Source of the DNA: an uncultured Alphaproteobacteria bacterium
Lineage (GTDB): Bacteria; Pseudomonadota; Alphaproteobacteria; Sphingomonadales; Sphingomonadaceae
Direction of reading: 5' to 3'
DNA: 64,000 bases
NCBI GenBank assembly: GCA_963826805.1
Contig: CAWGYE010000004.1
Coordinates: 405,571-469,570, forward strand
The translations under genes were made by a program, and so were the position numbers. Numbering within the stretch: the first letter of the stretch is position 1; each line of letters begins with the position of its first letter. The notes beneath the pieces were generated by a model. That model was not told the origin of the DNA and ran no database searches. It saw only the letters and a list, made by a program, of their open reading frames with translations. Shown piece after piece: positions 9,223 to 18,201 of the stretch.

Positions 9223-10053
9223 ATGGCCTCGCTGCCGCCCATCGACGTGCCGGAAGGCGCGACCGGCAAGGGCGCGTTCGACGCGCCGGTGGACGATCCG
9301 CACGCCGCGATCCGCTTCGAGACCCTGCTCAGGCTCGGCGACGACAGCCTGATCCTCGGCCAGCGGCTCGGCGAATGGTGCGGGCACGCGCCGAGCGTCG
9401 AGGTCGACCTCTCCCTCGCCAATATGGGCCTCGACCTGATCGGCCAGGCGACGCATTTCCTGAACGCGGCCGGCGCCGCCGAAGGGAAGGGCAGGGACGG
9501 CGACGCGCTCGCCTTCCACCGCGACGTGCTCGATTTCCGCAATTGCTGGCTGGTCGAGCAGCCCAATGGCGATTTCGCGCAGACCATGGCGCGGCAATTC
9601 TTGTTCTCGACCTGGCAGGAGATGCTGTTCGGCCATCTCGAGGCGTCCGTGGACGAAGCCATCGCCCCGATCGCCGCCAAGGCGGTCAAGGAGGTGCGCT
9701 ACCATGCCGAGCTCGCCGCCGAATGGGTGATCCGCCTCGGCGACGGCACCGAGGAGAGCCGCGCGCGGATGGCGGCGGGCCTCGACTGGATGTGGCGCTT
9801 CGTCCCCGAATTGTTCGAGATGGACGAGGTCGCGACGAAGGCGGCCCAATGCGGCATCGGCCCCGACGCCTCGGCCTTCCGCGCCGACTACGATGCCCGC
9901 ATCCGCGCCGTGCTCGCCGAAGCCACGTTGGAGCCGCCCGCCGACCAGCGCCCGATCCTCGGCGGCCGCCGCGGCCATCACAGCGAGCATCTCGGCCATC
10001 TCATCGCGGTGATGCAGTTCCTGCCCCGCACCTATCCGGACGCGACATGGTGA
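9223..10053 (+). CDS. paaC: Phenylacetyl-CoA epoxidase subunit C
   Basis: LILGQRLGEWCGHAP, LVEQPNGDFAQT, KEVRYH, GHHSEHLGH, RTYPDATW. Confidence 0.96.
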   Translation: MASLPPIDVPEGATGKGAFDAPVDDPHAAIRFETLLRLGDDSLILGQRLGEWCGHAPSVEVDLSLANMGLDLIGQATHFLNAAGAAEGKGRDGDALAFHRDVLDFRNCWLVEQPNGDFAQTMARQFLFSTWQEMLFGHLEASVDEAIAPIAAKAVKEVRYHAELAAEWVIRLGDGTEESRARMAAGLDWMWRFVPELFEMDEVATKAAQCGIGPDASAFRADYDARIRAVLAEATLEPPADQRPILGGRRGHHSEHLGHLIAVMQFLPRTYPDATW

Positions 10054-10616
10054 GGGTCGGCGATCTGCCCGGAAAAGCCCCTCCCCTCGATGGGGGAGGG
10101 TTGGGGTGGGGTGAACCTGCGAAGCCCGCTCGGACGGAGAGGTTCACCCCCACCCAACCCTCCCCCATCGAGGGGGAGGGCTTTGAAGAGCGCATTTGGC
10201 AGGTGCTGGAACAGGTGCCCGATCCGGAAATTCCCGTCCTCTCCGTCCTCGATCTCGGCATCGTCCGCGAGGTCTCGCCCGGGCGGGTGACGATCACGCC
10301 CACTTATACCGGCTGCCCGGCGACCCAGGTGATCGAGCGCGACATCCGGGACGCGCTCGATGCCGCGGGCTTTCGCGACGTGGCGGTCGAGACCACCCTG
10401 TCGCCGCCCTGGACCACCGACTGGATCAGCGAGGCGGGCCGCGAGAAGCTCCGCGCCTACGGCATCGCGCCGCCGTCCCGGGAGCGGATCGTCCGGTGCC
10501 CGCAATGCGGCTCGGCCGAGACCGAGGAGATCAGCCGCTTCGGCTCGACTCCGTGCAAGGCGCAGTGGCGCTGCCGCGCCTGCCTGGAGCCCTTCGACCT
10601 GTTCAAGTGCCACTGA
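10047..10616 (+). CDS. paaD: Phenylacetyl-CoA epoxidase subunit D with in-frame repeat insertion
   Basis: ATG 10047 overlaps paaC end; VPDPEIPVLSVLDLGIVR, TPTYTGCPA, WTTDW, CPQCGS, CLEPFDLFKCH. Confidence 0.92.
   Translation: MVRVGDLPGKAPPLDGGGLGWGEPAKPARTERFTPTQPSPIEGEGFEERIWQVLEQVPDPEIPVLSVLDLGIVREVSPGRVTITPTYTGCPATQVIERDIRDALDAAGFRDVAVETTLSPPWTTDWISEAGREKLRAYGIAPPSRERIVRCPQCGSAETEEISRFGSTPCKAQWRCRACLEPFDLFKCH
10074..10184. repeat. Family B palindromic element inside the paaD reading frame
   Basis: AAAGCCCCTCCCCTCGATGGGGGAGGG ... CCCTCCCCCATCGAGGGGGAGGGCTTT; 111 nt, exactly 37 codons. Confidence 0.9.
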
Positions 10617-11693
10617 TGAGATGTCGGCTTCCATACCCTGACCGTCGCGGAGGTGGTGCCCGAGACCGCCGAGGCGCACTCGATCCGCTTCGACGTTCCC
10701 GAGGAGTTGCGCGAGACGTTTAAATTCAAGCCCGGCCAGCACTTGACGCTGAAAGCTGAGATCCGGGGCGAGGACGTGCGGCGCAATTATTCGCTCTGCG
10801 TCGCGCCGCAGGACGGCGAGGTGATGGTCACCGTCAAGCGGATCGCGGGCGGCGTCTTCTCCAACTGGGCGAACGACACCCTCAAGCCCGGCATGCCGGT
10901 CGAGGTGATGGCGCCGCACGGCAGCTTCACCTGGGATTTCACGCCCGGCGCGGCCAATCACTATGTCGGCTTCGCCGGCGGCTCGGGGATCACCCCCGTC
11001 ATCTCGCTGCTGAAGAGCGCCTTGCTGAGCGAGCCCGAGAGCCGCTTCACGCTCTTCTACGGCAATCGCGACAGCCAATCGATCATCTTCCTGGAGACGC
11101 TGGCCGGGCTCAAGAATCGTTTCATGGATCGCCTGCAAGTGCATCATTTCCTTGCCGAAGAGGCGGAAGAGTTCGAGCTGTTCAACGGCATGCTCGATCG
11201 CCCCAAATGCGACGACATCCTGGCGAACATGATCGATCCGGCGGCGGTCGCCGCCTTCTTCATCTGCGGCCCGGGGCCGATGATGGACGCCGCCGAGGAG
11301 GCGCTGCTCGCCCGCGGCGTGCCCAGGGACCATATCCATCTGGAGCGCTTCACCGCCGGCCGCCCCTCGGCGGCGCTCGAGGCGCAGATGCAGGCGCTGA
11401 CCCGGGAGGCGGCGGGCCTCACCATGCTGATCACGCTCGACGGCCGCAAGCGCCGGGTCGCCTTCGACGCGGCGGCCGGCAACATCCTCGATTCCGCCCG
11501 CGCCTCGGGCCTGCCCGCGCCGTTCGCCTGCAAGGCCGGGGTCTGCGCCACCTGCCGCGCCAAGGTGGTCTCCGGCAAGGTCGAGATGGCCGCCCGCTAC
11601 GGCCTCACCGACGAGGAGGTGGCGGCGGACTATGTGCTGACCTGCCAGTCGGTGCCCAAGGGCGACGGCGTCGAGCTCGACTACGACGCCTGA
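10616..11693 (+). CDS. paaE: Phenylacetyl-CoA epoxidase reductase subunit E (probable 1-nt indel near the start)
   Basis: FKPGQHL, RNYSLC, AGGSGITP, CGPGPM, CKAGVCATC...LTC ferredoxin; ATG 10616 is one base out of frame with VGFHTLTVAEV. Confidence 0.92.
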
Positions 11694-12289
11694 TTGGGGA
11701 CAGTTACGGTAACTGTCCCCATTCCGCCGAGCATCAGGTCGACCGCCATCGCCGCCAGGCTCTCGGCCGAGACCCGCCCCTCGGCGCGGAACCAGGTGTG
11801 GGTCCAGTTGATCATCCCGAAGAACAGCATGGTGAGCGGCAGCGCCAGCGGCCCGGTCTGCGGGCGCAGCGCGCGGACCAGCTCCTCGACAGCGGCGATG
11901 ATCCGCCGCTGCTTGCCGATCACTTCGGCGCGCGGCCCGGCCGCCAGATTGTCGAGCTCGTTCAGCAGCACCTTGTGGCGGTCGCGCGCCCCGACATAGA
12001 GCCGCATGAACGACAGCGTCAGCGCGCGCAGCTTCTCCTCCGCCGTGCCGCTGCGTGTCGCCGCCTCCGCGGCCGCGACCAGCGCGTCGAGATGCGTCGC
12101 CATGACCTCGTAGAGGATGTCCTCCTTCGAGGGGAAATAATGGTAGATCAGTGACTTGGAGGTCTTGCAGGCCTTGGCGAGATCGGCCACCGAGGCGCCC
12201 TGGAAGCCGCGCCGCGCATAGAGCCGCGCCGCCGCCGCGAGGATCGCGTCGCGGCGCTTGTCGTAATCGGGGGACTGGGGCCTCGCCAT
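11681..12289 (-). CDS. TetR/AcrR family regulator, probable paa repressor
   Basis: ILAAAARLYARRGF...SKSLIYHYFPSKEDIL HTH; FGMINWTHTWF C-domain; adjacent to paaE. Confidence 0.88.
   Translation of the reverse strand: MARPQSPDYDKRRDAILAAAARLYARRGFQGASVADLAKACKTSKSLIYHYFPSKEDILYEVMATHLDALVAAAEAATRSGTAEEKLRALTLSFMRLYVGARDRHKVLLNELDNLAAGPRAEVIGKQRRIIAAVEELVRALRPQTGPLALPLTMLFFGMINWTHTWFRAEGRVSAESLAAMAVDLMLGGMGTVTVTVPNQAS
11695..11721. repeat. GGGGACAGT palindrome (family C)
   Basis: TGGGGACAGTTAC-G-GTAACTGTCCCCA, perfect 13-bp arms, within the 3' end of the TetR gene. Confidence 0.9.
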
Positions 12290-12321
12290 CGCGCCACCAT
12301 AAGGCGGCGTGCGGCGCCGGG

Positions 12322-13380
12322 CTACCGGCGGTTGTAGCGGAAGCCGCCGGCGCGCTCGGCCTCGTCATAGGCGATCACCGCGCGGGTGACGTTCTGCATC
12401 AGCTCCATCCGCGCCGGGATCGGCGCGGCGGTGCGCCCGATCATCACCGCCACCGCATAATGGCGCCCGTCGGGCGAGGTCAGGATGCCGATGTCGTTAT
12501 AGCCGGCCTGGGTCGAGCCCAGCACTTGGCCGGTGCCGGTCTTGTGCGCGATCCGCCAGCCGGGCGCGAGCCCGCCGGTCAGCCGCTGCGGCCCGGTCCG
12601 GGTCTGCGACATGATCGCGATCATCCGTTCGGTCGAGGCGCGCGACAGCAGCTCGCCGCGCCGCAGCCGCGACAGGCCGTCGACCAGCGCGTCGGGCGTC
12701 GCGCCGTCGATCGGATCCTCGATATAGGCCTCGAACGCCGAGCGCCGCCGCGCCTCGGGCACTCCGTTCCGCGCCTGATAGAAAGCGCGGCCGACCGAAA
12801 AAGAAGGCTGCCATTGCAGACCGGCGATCTGGCTCTGCATCAGCCGCTCGCCGGGGCCGAAGCGCACCCCCTCGAGCCGGTTGCGGGTCAGCATGGCGCG
12901 CACCGAACCGGGCCCGCCGGCGGTGCGCAGCACGGCGTCGTTGCAGGTGTTGTCGCTCTGGGTCAGCGCGCGGAAGATCAAATTGTCGAGCGTCGTCGTA
13001 TAGCCGTCGGCGCCGACCTCGGCGGCGATCGGCTGGTGGAACAGGGTGAGGTCCTCGCGGCGGATGGTGACCTCCTGGTCGGGGCGCAGGTTGCCGGCGT
13101 CGATCTGGCCGAACGCGGTCAGCGCGACCCAGAACTTGCTGACGCTCTGCTGCGGGAAATAGCGGTTGCCGTTCCAGCTCGTCGCCCAGCCGCTGTCGAC
13201 CTCGCGCACGGCGATGCCGACCTCGCCGTCGAAGCTGCGGCCGAGCTCGCGGATCCGGGCCTCGAGGATGCGCTGCGCCGCGCCGTCCTCGGCCAGCATC
13301 GCGCGGCTGGGCATCTGCGCCGACTGGGCCGCCGGGATGCACCCCGCGAGCACCAGCCCCGCCAGCCCCAACAGGCGCAT
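12322..13380 (-). CDS. Class A serine beta-lactamase-like protein
   Basis: SVSK (SxxK), SDN, omega-loop Glu (GERLMQ), HKTGTG; LAGC lipobox-like N-terminus; GTG 13401 is an alternative start. Confidence 0.85.
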   Translation of the reverse strand: MRLLGLAGLVLAGCIPAAQSAQMPSRAMLAEDGAAQRILEARIRELGRSFDGEVGIAVREVDSGWATSWNGNRYFPQQSVSKFWVALTAFGQIDAGNLRPDQEVTIRREDLTLFHQPIAAEVGADGYTTTLDNLIFRALTQSDNTCNDAVLRTAGGPGSVRAMLTRNRLEGVRFGPGERLMQSQIAGLQWQPSFSVGRAFYQARNGVPEARRRSAFEAYIEDPIDGATPDALVDGLSRLRRGELLSRASTERMIAIMSQTRTGPQRLTGGLAPGWRIAHKTGTGQVLGSTQAGYNDIGILTSPDGRHYAVAVMIGRTAAPIPARMELMQNVTRAVIAYDEAERAGGFRYNRR

Positions 13381-13553
13381 CCGCGCCAAAGCTCCGCTCA
13401 CCCCGTCCTCCCTACGCCCTTTACCCCAAGGCGTTGAATCATAACCGGCAAGCCGTTTCTGTCAGCTTAATCGTACTGGCCCATAGACGAGGCGTGTCGC
13501 CGATGCGGCGGACCGAATCCATAGCGTATTAGCCATGATTCCCCGCCCCGTTT

Positions 13554-15665
13554 TTAGAAGGTGAAGCGGGCGCTGATCCGGAAATCGCGGCCGGCGAGCG
13601 GCGCGAAATCCTTGAGCACGCTGGCATGGCGGCGCGCGTCGACGTCGAAGATGTTGTTGGCGGCAAGCGTGATCGTGCTCGCATTGTCCTCGCCGAACGG
13701 GCGGAAGGCCAGCGACGCGTTGACCAGCGTATGGCCGTCGGTCGGCGTCTCGAACGCGGCGGTGCGGTCCTGGTCGGAGACCCATTCGATCTCGACCCGC
13801 CCGTCCACCCGCGCCGTCTGCGCCTGCAGCCCGCCGAGCAGGCGCAACGGCGGGATGCGCGGCGCCGGCCCGGCCGTGTCGATGGTGGCGCGGACATAGT
13901 CGGCGACGCCGTCGAGGTTGAGCGTCACCGGCCCGATCTCGGCGACGCGGACCGAGCCCTCCAGCTCGACGCCGAAATAGCGGGCGTCGTCCTGGCGATA
14001 TTCGAACACCGGCAGATCGTCCTGGATCGCCCCGGTCGGCGCCTCGTAGATGTAGCCGTCGAACCAGCTGTGGAAGACAGAGGCGGAGAGCGAATAGCCC
14101 TCGCCCGCGCCGTGCAAAGTCGCCTCGAGGCCCCAGCTCTTCTCGGTGCCGAGGTCGGGGTCGCCGACCTCGAAGCTCTGGGTGCCGGCGTGCGGGCCAT
14201 TGGCGAACAGCTCCTCGGCGGCAGGGGCGCGCTCGCTCCGCGTCAGGTTGACGCCGAACCGCCAGCGCGGGGCGACCTCGACGCTGCCGCCGATCGAGCC
14301 GGTGATCGCGTCGAAGCTGCGGCTGAGCGCGGGATTGCCGAGCTGGGCGTCGGCGTCGGCGCGCAGCGAGCTGTGCTCGTAGCGCAACCCCGCCTCGGCC
14401 TTGAACGCGCCGAGATCGAAGGTCTGCAGCGCGAACAGGCCGAGCTGGCTGGTGCGGTTGGCGGGGAGGAACTTCTCGGCGCCGTCGATCGAGAAATCGC
14501 GGTGGAAATATTGCGCGCCGAAGCCGCCGCCCCAGCCCGCGCGCGTCCTCTGGCGGAATTCCGCCCGTGCCTCGTAACCTTCGTTGTTGAAGGTCGTGCC
14601 GATCGCGCCGCTGTCCTCGAGCTCGAAGTGGCGATAGTCGGAATAGCCGGCGCGGAAGCGGACCGAATCGATGAAGCCCTCGCCGGTGTCGATCTCGGCG
14701 CGCGCGTCGGCGCGGGTCTGGGCGATGTCGATCCGCACCTCCTCGGCCTCGACGGCGGGGTCGAGCGAGTAGCGGACCGGGACGCCGTAGCGGCTGTCGT
14801 AGCGGTTGATGGAAAAGCCGACATTGTCGTCGCCGTCGATCCAGGCGGCGCCGGCGGCGAGATCCCAGGTGCGGCCCTGGCTGTTGGGCAGGCGCCCACG
14901 TAGCGTCGCGAGCGCGCGGATCGCGGGATCGGCGCTGGCCGCGGCCTCGGCGCGCAGCGCCGGCGTCAGCACGAAGCCGCCGATCTCGAGATCGTCGCTG
15001 TTGGAATAATTGCCGTCGACATGGACCACGAAATGGCCGCCGACCGGGACATCGATCGCGGCATTGGCCGAGCGTTCGTTGGCGGCCGAGCCGTAGGTCA
15101 GGAGGCCGTCGATATGCACCGCCTCGTCCGGCACGTGACGGGGGATGCGCGCGTCGACGACGTTGACCACGCCGCCGATCGCCGACGAGCCGAACATCAG
15201 GGCCGACGGCCCGCGCAGCACCTCGATCCGGTCCGCGGTCAGCGGGTTGATCGCCACCGCATGGTCGACGCTGGTCGAGGAGGCGTCGAGGCTGCCGATG
15301 CCGTCGGTGAGGATGCGCACCCGCTCGCCCTGGAAGCCGCGCAGCACGGGGCGCGAGGCGTTGGGGCCGAACGAGGTGGCGGAGACGCCGGGCTGGTGCG
15401 CCAGCGTCTCGCCGATCGTCGGGCGCAGGTCGCGGGTCAGCTCCTCGCCGCTCACCACCGAGGTGCCGGAGAGGATGTCGGTGCGGCTGCGGCGAAAGCC
15501 GGTGACGACGATCTCGGCCTCCTCGCGCGCATGGGTGCCGCGGCCCGGGGCGGCGCGGCGGCCGGCGGCGGCCGGCTGCTCGGCCGCGGGCTGTTCGGCG
15601 GGCGGCGCCTCCGGCGTCTCGGGGGTCTGCGCCGCGGCAAGCAACAGCAAAGGCAACAACTGCAT
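13554..15665 (-). CDS. TonB-dependent receptor (ZnuD-like)
   Basis: EIVVTG TonB box, plug RIEVLRGPSALMFGSSAIGGVVN, DHAVAINP, C-terminal Phe; AGGAG before ATG. Confidence 0.9.
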   Translation of the reverse strand: MQLLPLLLLAAAQTPETPEAPPAEQPAAEQPAAAGRRAAPGRGTHAREEAEIVVTGFRRSRTDILSGTSVVSGEELTRDLRPTIGETLAHQPGVSATSFGPNASRPVLRGFQGERVRILTDGIGSLDASSTSVDHAVAINPLTADRIEVLRGPSALMFGSSAIGGVVNVVDARIPRHVPDEAVHIDGLLTYGSAANERSANAAIDVPVGGHFVVHVDGNYSNSDDLEIGGFVLTPALRAEAAASADPAIRALATLRGRLPNSQGRTWDLAAGAAWIDGDDNVGFSINRYDSRYGVPVRYSLDPAVEAEEVRIDIAQTRADARAEIDTGEGFIDSVRFRAGYSDYRHFELEDSGAIGTTFNNEGYEARAEFRQRTRAGWGGGFGAQYFHRDFSIDGAEKFLPANRTSQLGLFALQTFDLGAFKAEAGLRYEHSSLRADADAQLGNPALSRSFDAITGSIGGSVEVAPRWRFGVNLTRSERAPAAEELFANGPHAGTQSFEVGDPDLGTEKSWGLEATLHGAGEGYSLSASVFHSWFDGYIYEAPTGAIQDDLPVFEYRQDDARYFGVELEGSVRVAEIGPVTLNLDGVADYVRATIDTAGPAPRIPPLRLLGGLQAQTARVDGRVEIEWVSDQDRTAAFETPTDGHTLVNASLAFRPFGEDNASTITLAANNIFDVDARRHASVLKDFAPLAGRDFRISARFTF

Positions 15666-15680
15666 TCTCCTCGGGAGCGG

Positions 15681-15712
15681 GACGTTGTATCGTCGCAAGA
15701 TGTTATATCAAC
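15681..15712 (-). promoter_or_regulatory. Possible Zur/Fur-family box
   Basis: TGATATAACATC and CGATACAACGTC (minus strand) directly upstream of the TBDR; only partly palindromic. Confidence 0.35.
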
Positions 15713-15774
15713 CGCACTGGGCGCGATTTCCGCCCGCCCTGGCGCGGCGAGGCTGAACCCCCGCCGAACGGCTG

Positions 15775-15822
15775 CGACAATCCGCGACACTTTTCGCGCG
15801 CGCCGACAAAGTTGGGCGACAT
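15775..15822 (+). promoter_or_regulatory. CGACA direct repeats, possible OmpR-family binding site
   Basis: CGACA at 15775, 15785, 15804 and 15817; same motif recurs upstream of the response regulator. Confidence 0.5.
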
Positions 15823-15873
15823 GAGGCGTGCAGGGACAGGCTGCTTTTCCTGTGTACCGGAGGGAGTTTCCAC

Positions 15874-16506
15874 ATGAAGACCTTGACCACCATCGGCGGC
15901 GCCGCGTTGCTCGCGCTCGCCGCAGCCGCCTCGGCGCAGCCGCCGGCGGGGCCGGACGGCCCGCGCGGGCCCCGCCCCGACCGCGACGCCGACGTCACCC
16001 GGCAACAGGTGATCGAGCGGACCGACCGGATGTTCGAGCGCCTCGACGCCAATCGCGACGGCCGCTTCACGCCGGAGGAAGGGCGCGCCCGCCGCGAGCA
16101 AAGGCGCGAGCAGATGGCCGCGCGCATGTTCGACCGCATGGACCTCGACCATGATGGCAGCATCACCCGCGAGGAGATGGCGCAGGCCCGCGCCCAGCAT
16201 CAGGCGCGGCGAGGCGAGCGCGGCCCGGGTGCCGGCGGCCATGGCATGCGTCACCGCCGCATGGGCATGCGCCATGGCGGTCCCGGCGGTCCCGGCGGGC
16301 CGGGCGGACCCGGCATGGGCGGCATGCGCGGCGGCCGCGGCGCGGCTTTGTTCGGCGAGCAGGGCTTCGTCACCCGCGAGCAATTCCGCGAGCGCGCGCT
16401 CGCCCGTTTCGACCGCGCCGACGCCGACCATAATGGCGTCGTCACCGCCGCCGAGCGCCGCGCCATCCGCGAGCAGAGGCGCGAACGCCGCCAGCATCGC
16501 GGCTGA
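15874..16506 (+). CDS. Secreted EF-hand protein with Gly/Arg/Met-rich linker
   Basis: Signal peptide; DANRDGRFTPEE, DLDHDGSITREE, DADHNGVVTAAE loops. Confidence 0.88.
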   Translation: MKTLTTIGGAALLALAAAASAQPPAGPDGPRGPRPDRDADVTRQQVIERTDRMFERLDANRDGRFTPEEGRARREQRREQMAARMFDRMDLDHDGSITREEMAQARAQHQARRGERGPGAGGHGMRHRRMGMRHGGPGGPGGPGGPGMGGMRGGRGAALFGEQGFVTREQFRERALARFDRADADHNGVVTAAERRAIREQRRERRQHRG

Positions 16507-16525
16507 AGACCGGCGCTTCGAAGCC

Positions 16526-16561
16526 GAAAAAGGCGGGTCCGGCTGCGGATCCGCCTTTTTC
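16526..16561 (+). terminator. Intrinsic terminator
   Basis: GAAAAAGGCGGGTCCG-GCTG-CGGATCCGCCTTTTTC hairpin with T tract. Confidence 0.8.
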
Positions 16562-16669
16562 GCGGCAATTATCCGCCGGCCTAATCCGGGTTAATATGTT
16601 TCGGGTCGGTTCGTGCGACAGAAAAAGCGGCGTCGCGTGACTAAAGAAGCGACGAGGCGGGGGGAAGAA

Positions 16670-16855
16670 GTGGCCTATTACAGGCTGTATCTACTTGCCG
16701 AGCCGGGCGGGAAGTTCGTCGGCTTCGAGGAAATCGAGGCGGCCGACGACGTCGACGCCGTGCGTCAGGCCGAGAGCTTCGTCGGCGCCCAGGCGCTCGA
16801 GCTCTGGTGCGGCAAGCGCAAGGTCAAGAGCCTCCCGGCCAAATCCTCCGTCTAG
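16670..16855 (+). CDS. Small hypothetical protein (YRLY...AADD...ELW type)
   Basis: 61 aa from GTG after a purine-rich RBS; motif pattern recalled from alphaproteobacterial small proteins. Confidence 0.65.
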   Translation: MAYYRLYLLAEPGGKFVGFEEIEAADDVDAVRQAESFVGAQALELWCGKRKVKSLPAKSSV

Positions 16856-18201
16856 CCGGCGGGCAGCAGCAGCCGGGCCAGCAGGCCGCCGCCGGGCCGG
16901 TTCTCCAGCTCCAGGGTGCCGCCATGCGCCAGCGCGGCGCTGCGGGCGAGGGTGAGGCCGAGCCCCGAGCCGCCGGTGCCGCGGTTGCGCGAGCCCTCCA
17001 GCCGCACGAAGGCTTCCTGGACGTTGCCGAGCTCGGCTTCGGGAATGCCGGGGCCGTTGTCGGCGACCTCGATGGCGACGCCGCCATCGGCCTCCCGGAC
17101 CGCGACGCGGGCGCCGCCGCCATATTTGACGCCGTTCTCGATCAAATTCCTGAGCGCGCGGCGCAGCAGATTGGGCTGGACGGCGGCGACGCGGCGCTCG
17201 CCGGCCTCCATCTCGACATTCTGGCCGAGGGCGCGGAACTCCTCGACGACCGCGTCGGCGAGCGCGCCGAGGTCGATCCGGCGCGCCGGCTCGGACGGGC
17301 GGCCGGAGCGGGCGAGGGCAAGCGTATCGTCGAGCATCTCGGTCATTTCCTCGATCGTCGCGATCACCTTCGCCCGCTCGGCCTCCGGCTCCATATATTC
17401 GGCGCGGATCCTGAGGCTCGCGAGCGGCGTGCGCAGATCGTGGCCGATCGCGCCCAGCATCCGATCCTTCTCGTCGAGCATCCCCGAGACCCGCGCGCTC
17501 ATCGCGTTGAAGGCGAGGATGGCGCGGCTGACGTCGCTCGGTCCGCGCGGCTCGACGCGGGGCGTCTCGCCGCGTCCCTGAAAGCGGTCGGCGGCGGCGG
17601 CGAGCTCGCGGAGCGGCCGGGTCAGCCGCGCCGCGATCCAGATCATCGCCGCCAGCAGGAAGAAATAGAGGAGCAGGGTGGAGCCGGCGAGGCGCGCCCC
17701 GATCCAGGGGTCGGGCCGCGGCACGATCAGCCGGCCGTTGAACCATTGCCCGTCGGCGAGCCGCACCGAAAGCAGCATGGTCTGGAAGCGGCGGCCGCCG
17801 CCCCGCCGGCTCTCGGGCGGGCGGCGCCGGACCACCTGGTCGCTGACCGCCGCGCGCGCGTCCCGGATCGGCAGGCCGTTGGTCTCCGCGCTTTCGCGCA
17901 GTCGCGCGGTCAGCCGGGGATTGGCCGCGGCCGGGACGACAAGGCTCTCCGCATCGAGCGAGAAGCGGCCGCGCCGCGAGGCGAAATCGAGCGCGAGGTC
18001 GCGCCGGTCCGCCGGCATGGTCGAGATGCGCTGGGCGAAGGTGACGAAGCGGACCACCGCCGGCGCCTCGATCTGCGCCCGGGTCGCGGCGCGACGCTCG
18101 TTGAAGATGAGTCCGAAGTTGATCGCCTGCGCGACCAGCAGCGCCGCCGCCATGACGAGCGCGATCTGGCCGATCAGGCTTTTCGGCAGCAGCCGCCTCA
18201 C
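16852..18201 (-). CDS. Sensor histidine kinase (HAMP, HisKA, HATPase)
   Basis: GHDLRTPL H-box, NLIENGVKY, DNGPGI, GSGLGL; GTG overlaps the regulator stop. Confidence 0.93.
   Translation of the reverse strand: MRRLLPKSLIGQIALVMAAALLVAQAINFGLIFNERRAATRAQIEAPAVVRFVTFAQRISTMPADRRDLALDFASRRGRFSLDAESLVVPAAANPRLTARLRESAETNGLPIRDARAAVSDQVVRRRPPESRRGGGRRFQTMLLSVRLADGQWFNGRLIVPRPDPWIGARLAGSTLLLYFFLLAAMIWIAARLTRPLRELAAAADRFQGRGETPRVEPRGPSDVSRAILAFNAMSARVSGMLDEKDRMLGAIGHDLRTPLASLRIRAEYMEPEAERAKVIATIEEMTEMLDDTLALARSGRPSEPARRIDLGALADAVVEEFRALGQNVEMEAGERRVAAVQPNLLRRALRNLIENGVKYGGGARVAVREADGGVAIEVADNGPGIPEAELGNVQEAFVRLEGSRNRGTGGSGLGLTLARSAALAHGGTLELENRPGGGLLARLLLPAG

Noticed and set aside
16276-16314. GGP repeats in the EF-hand protein and Pro-Ala repeats at 570-600 and 63870-63940
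   Set aside because: Ordinary low-complexity linkers
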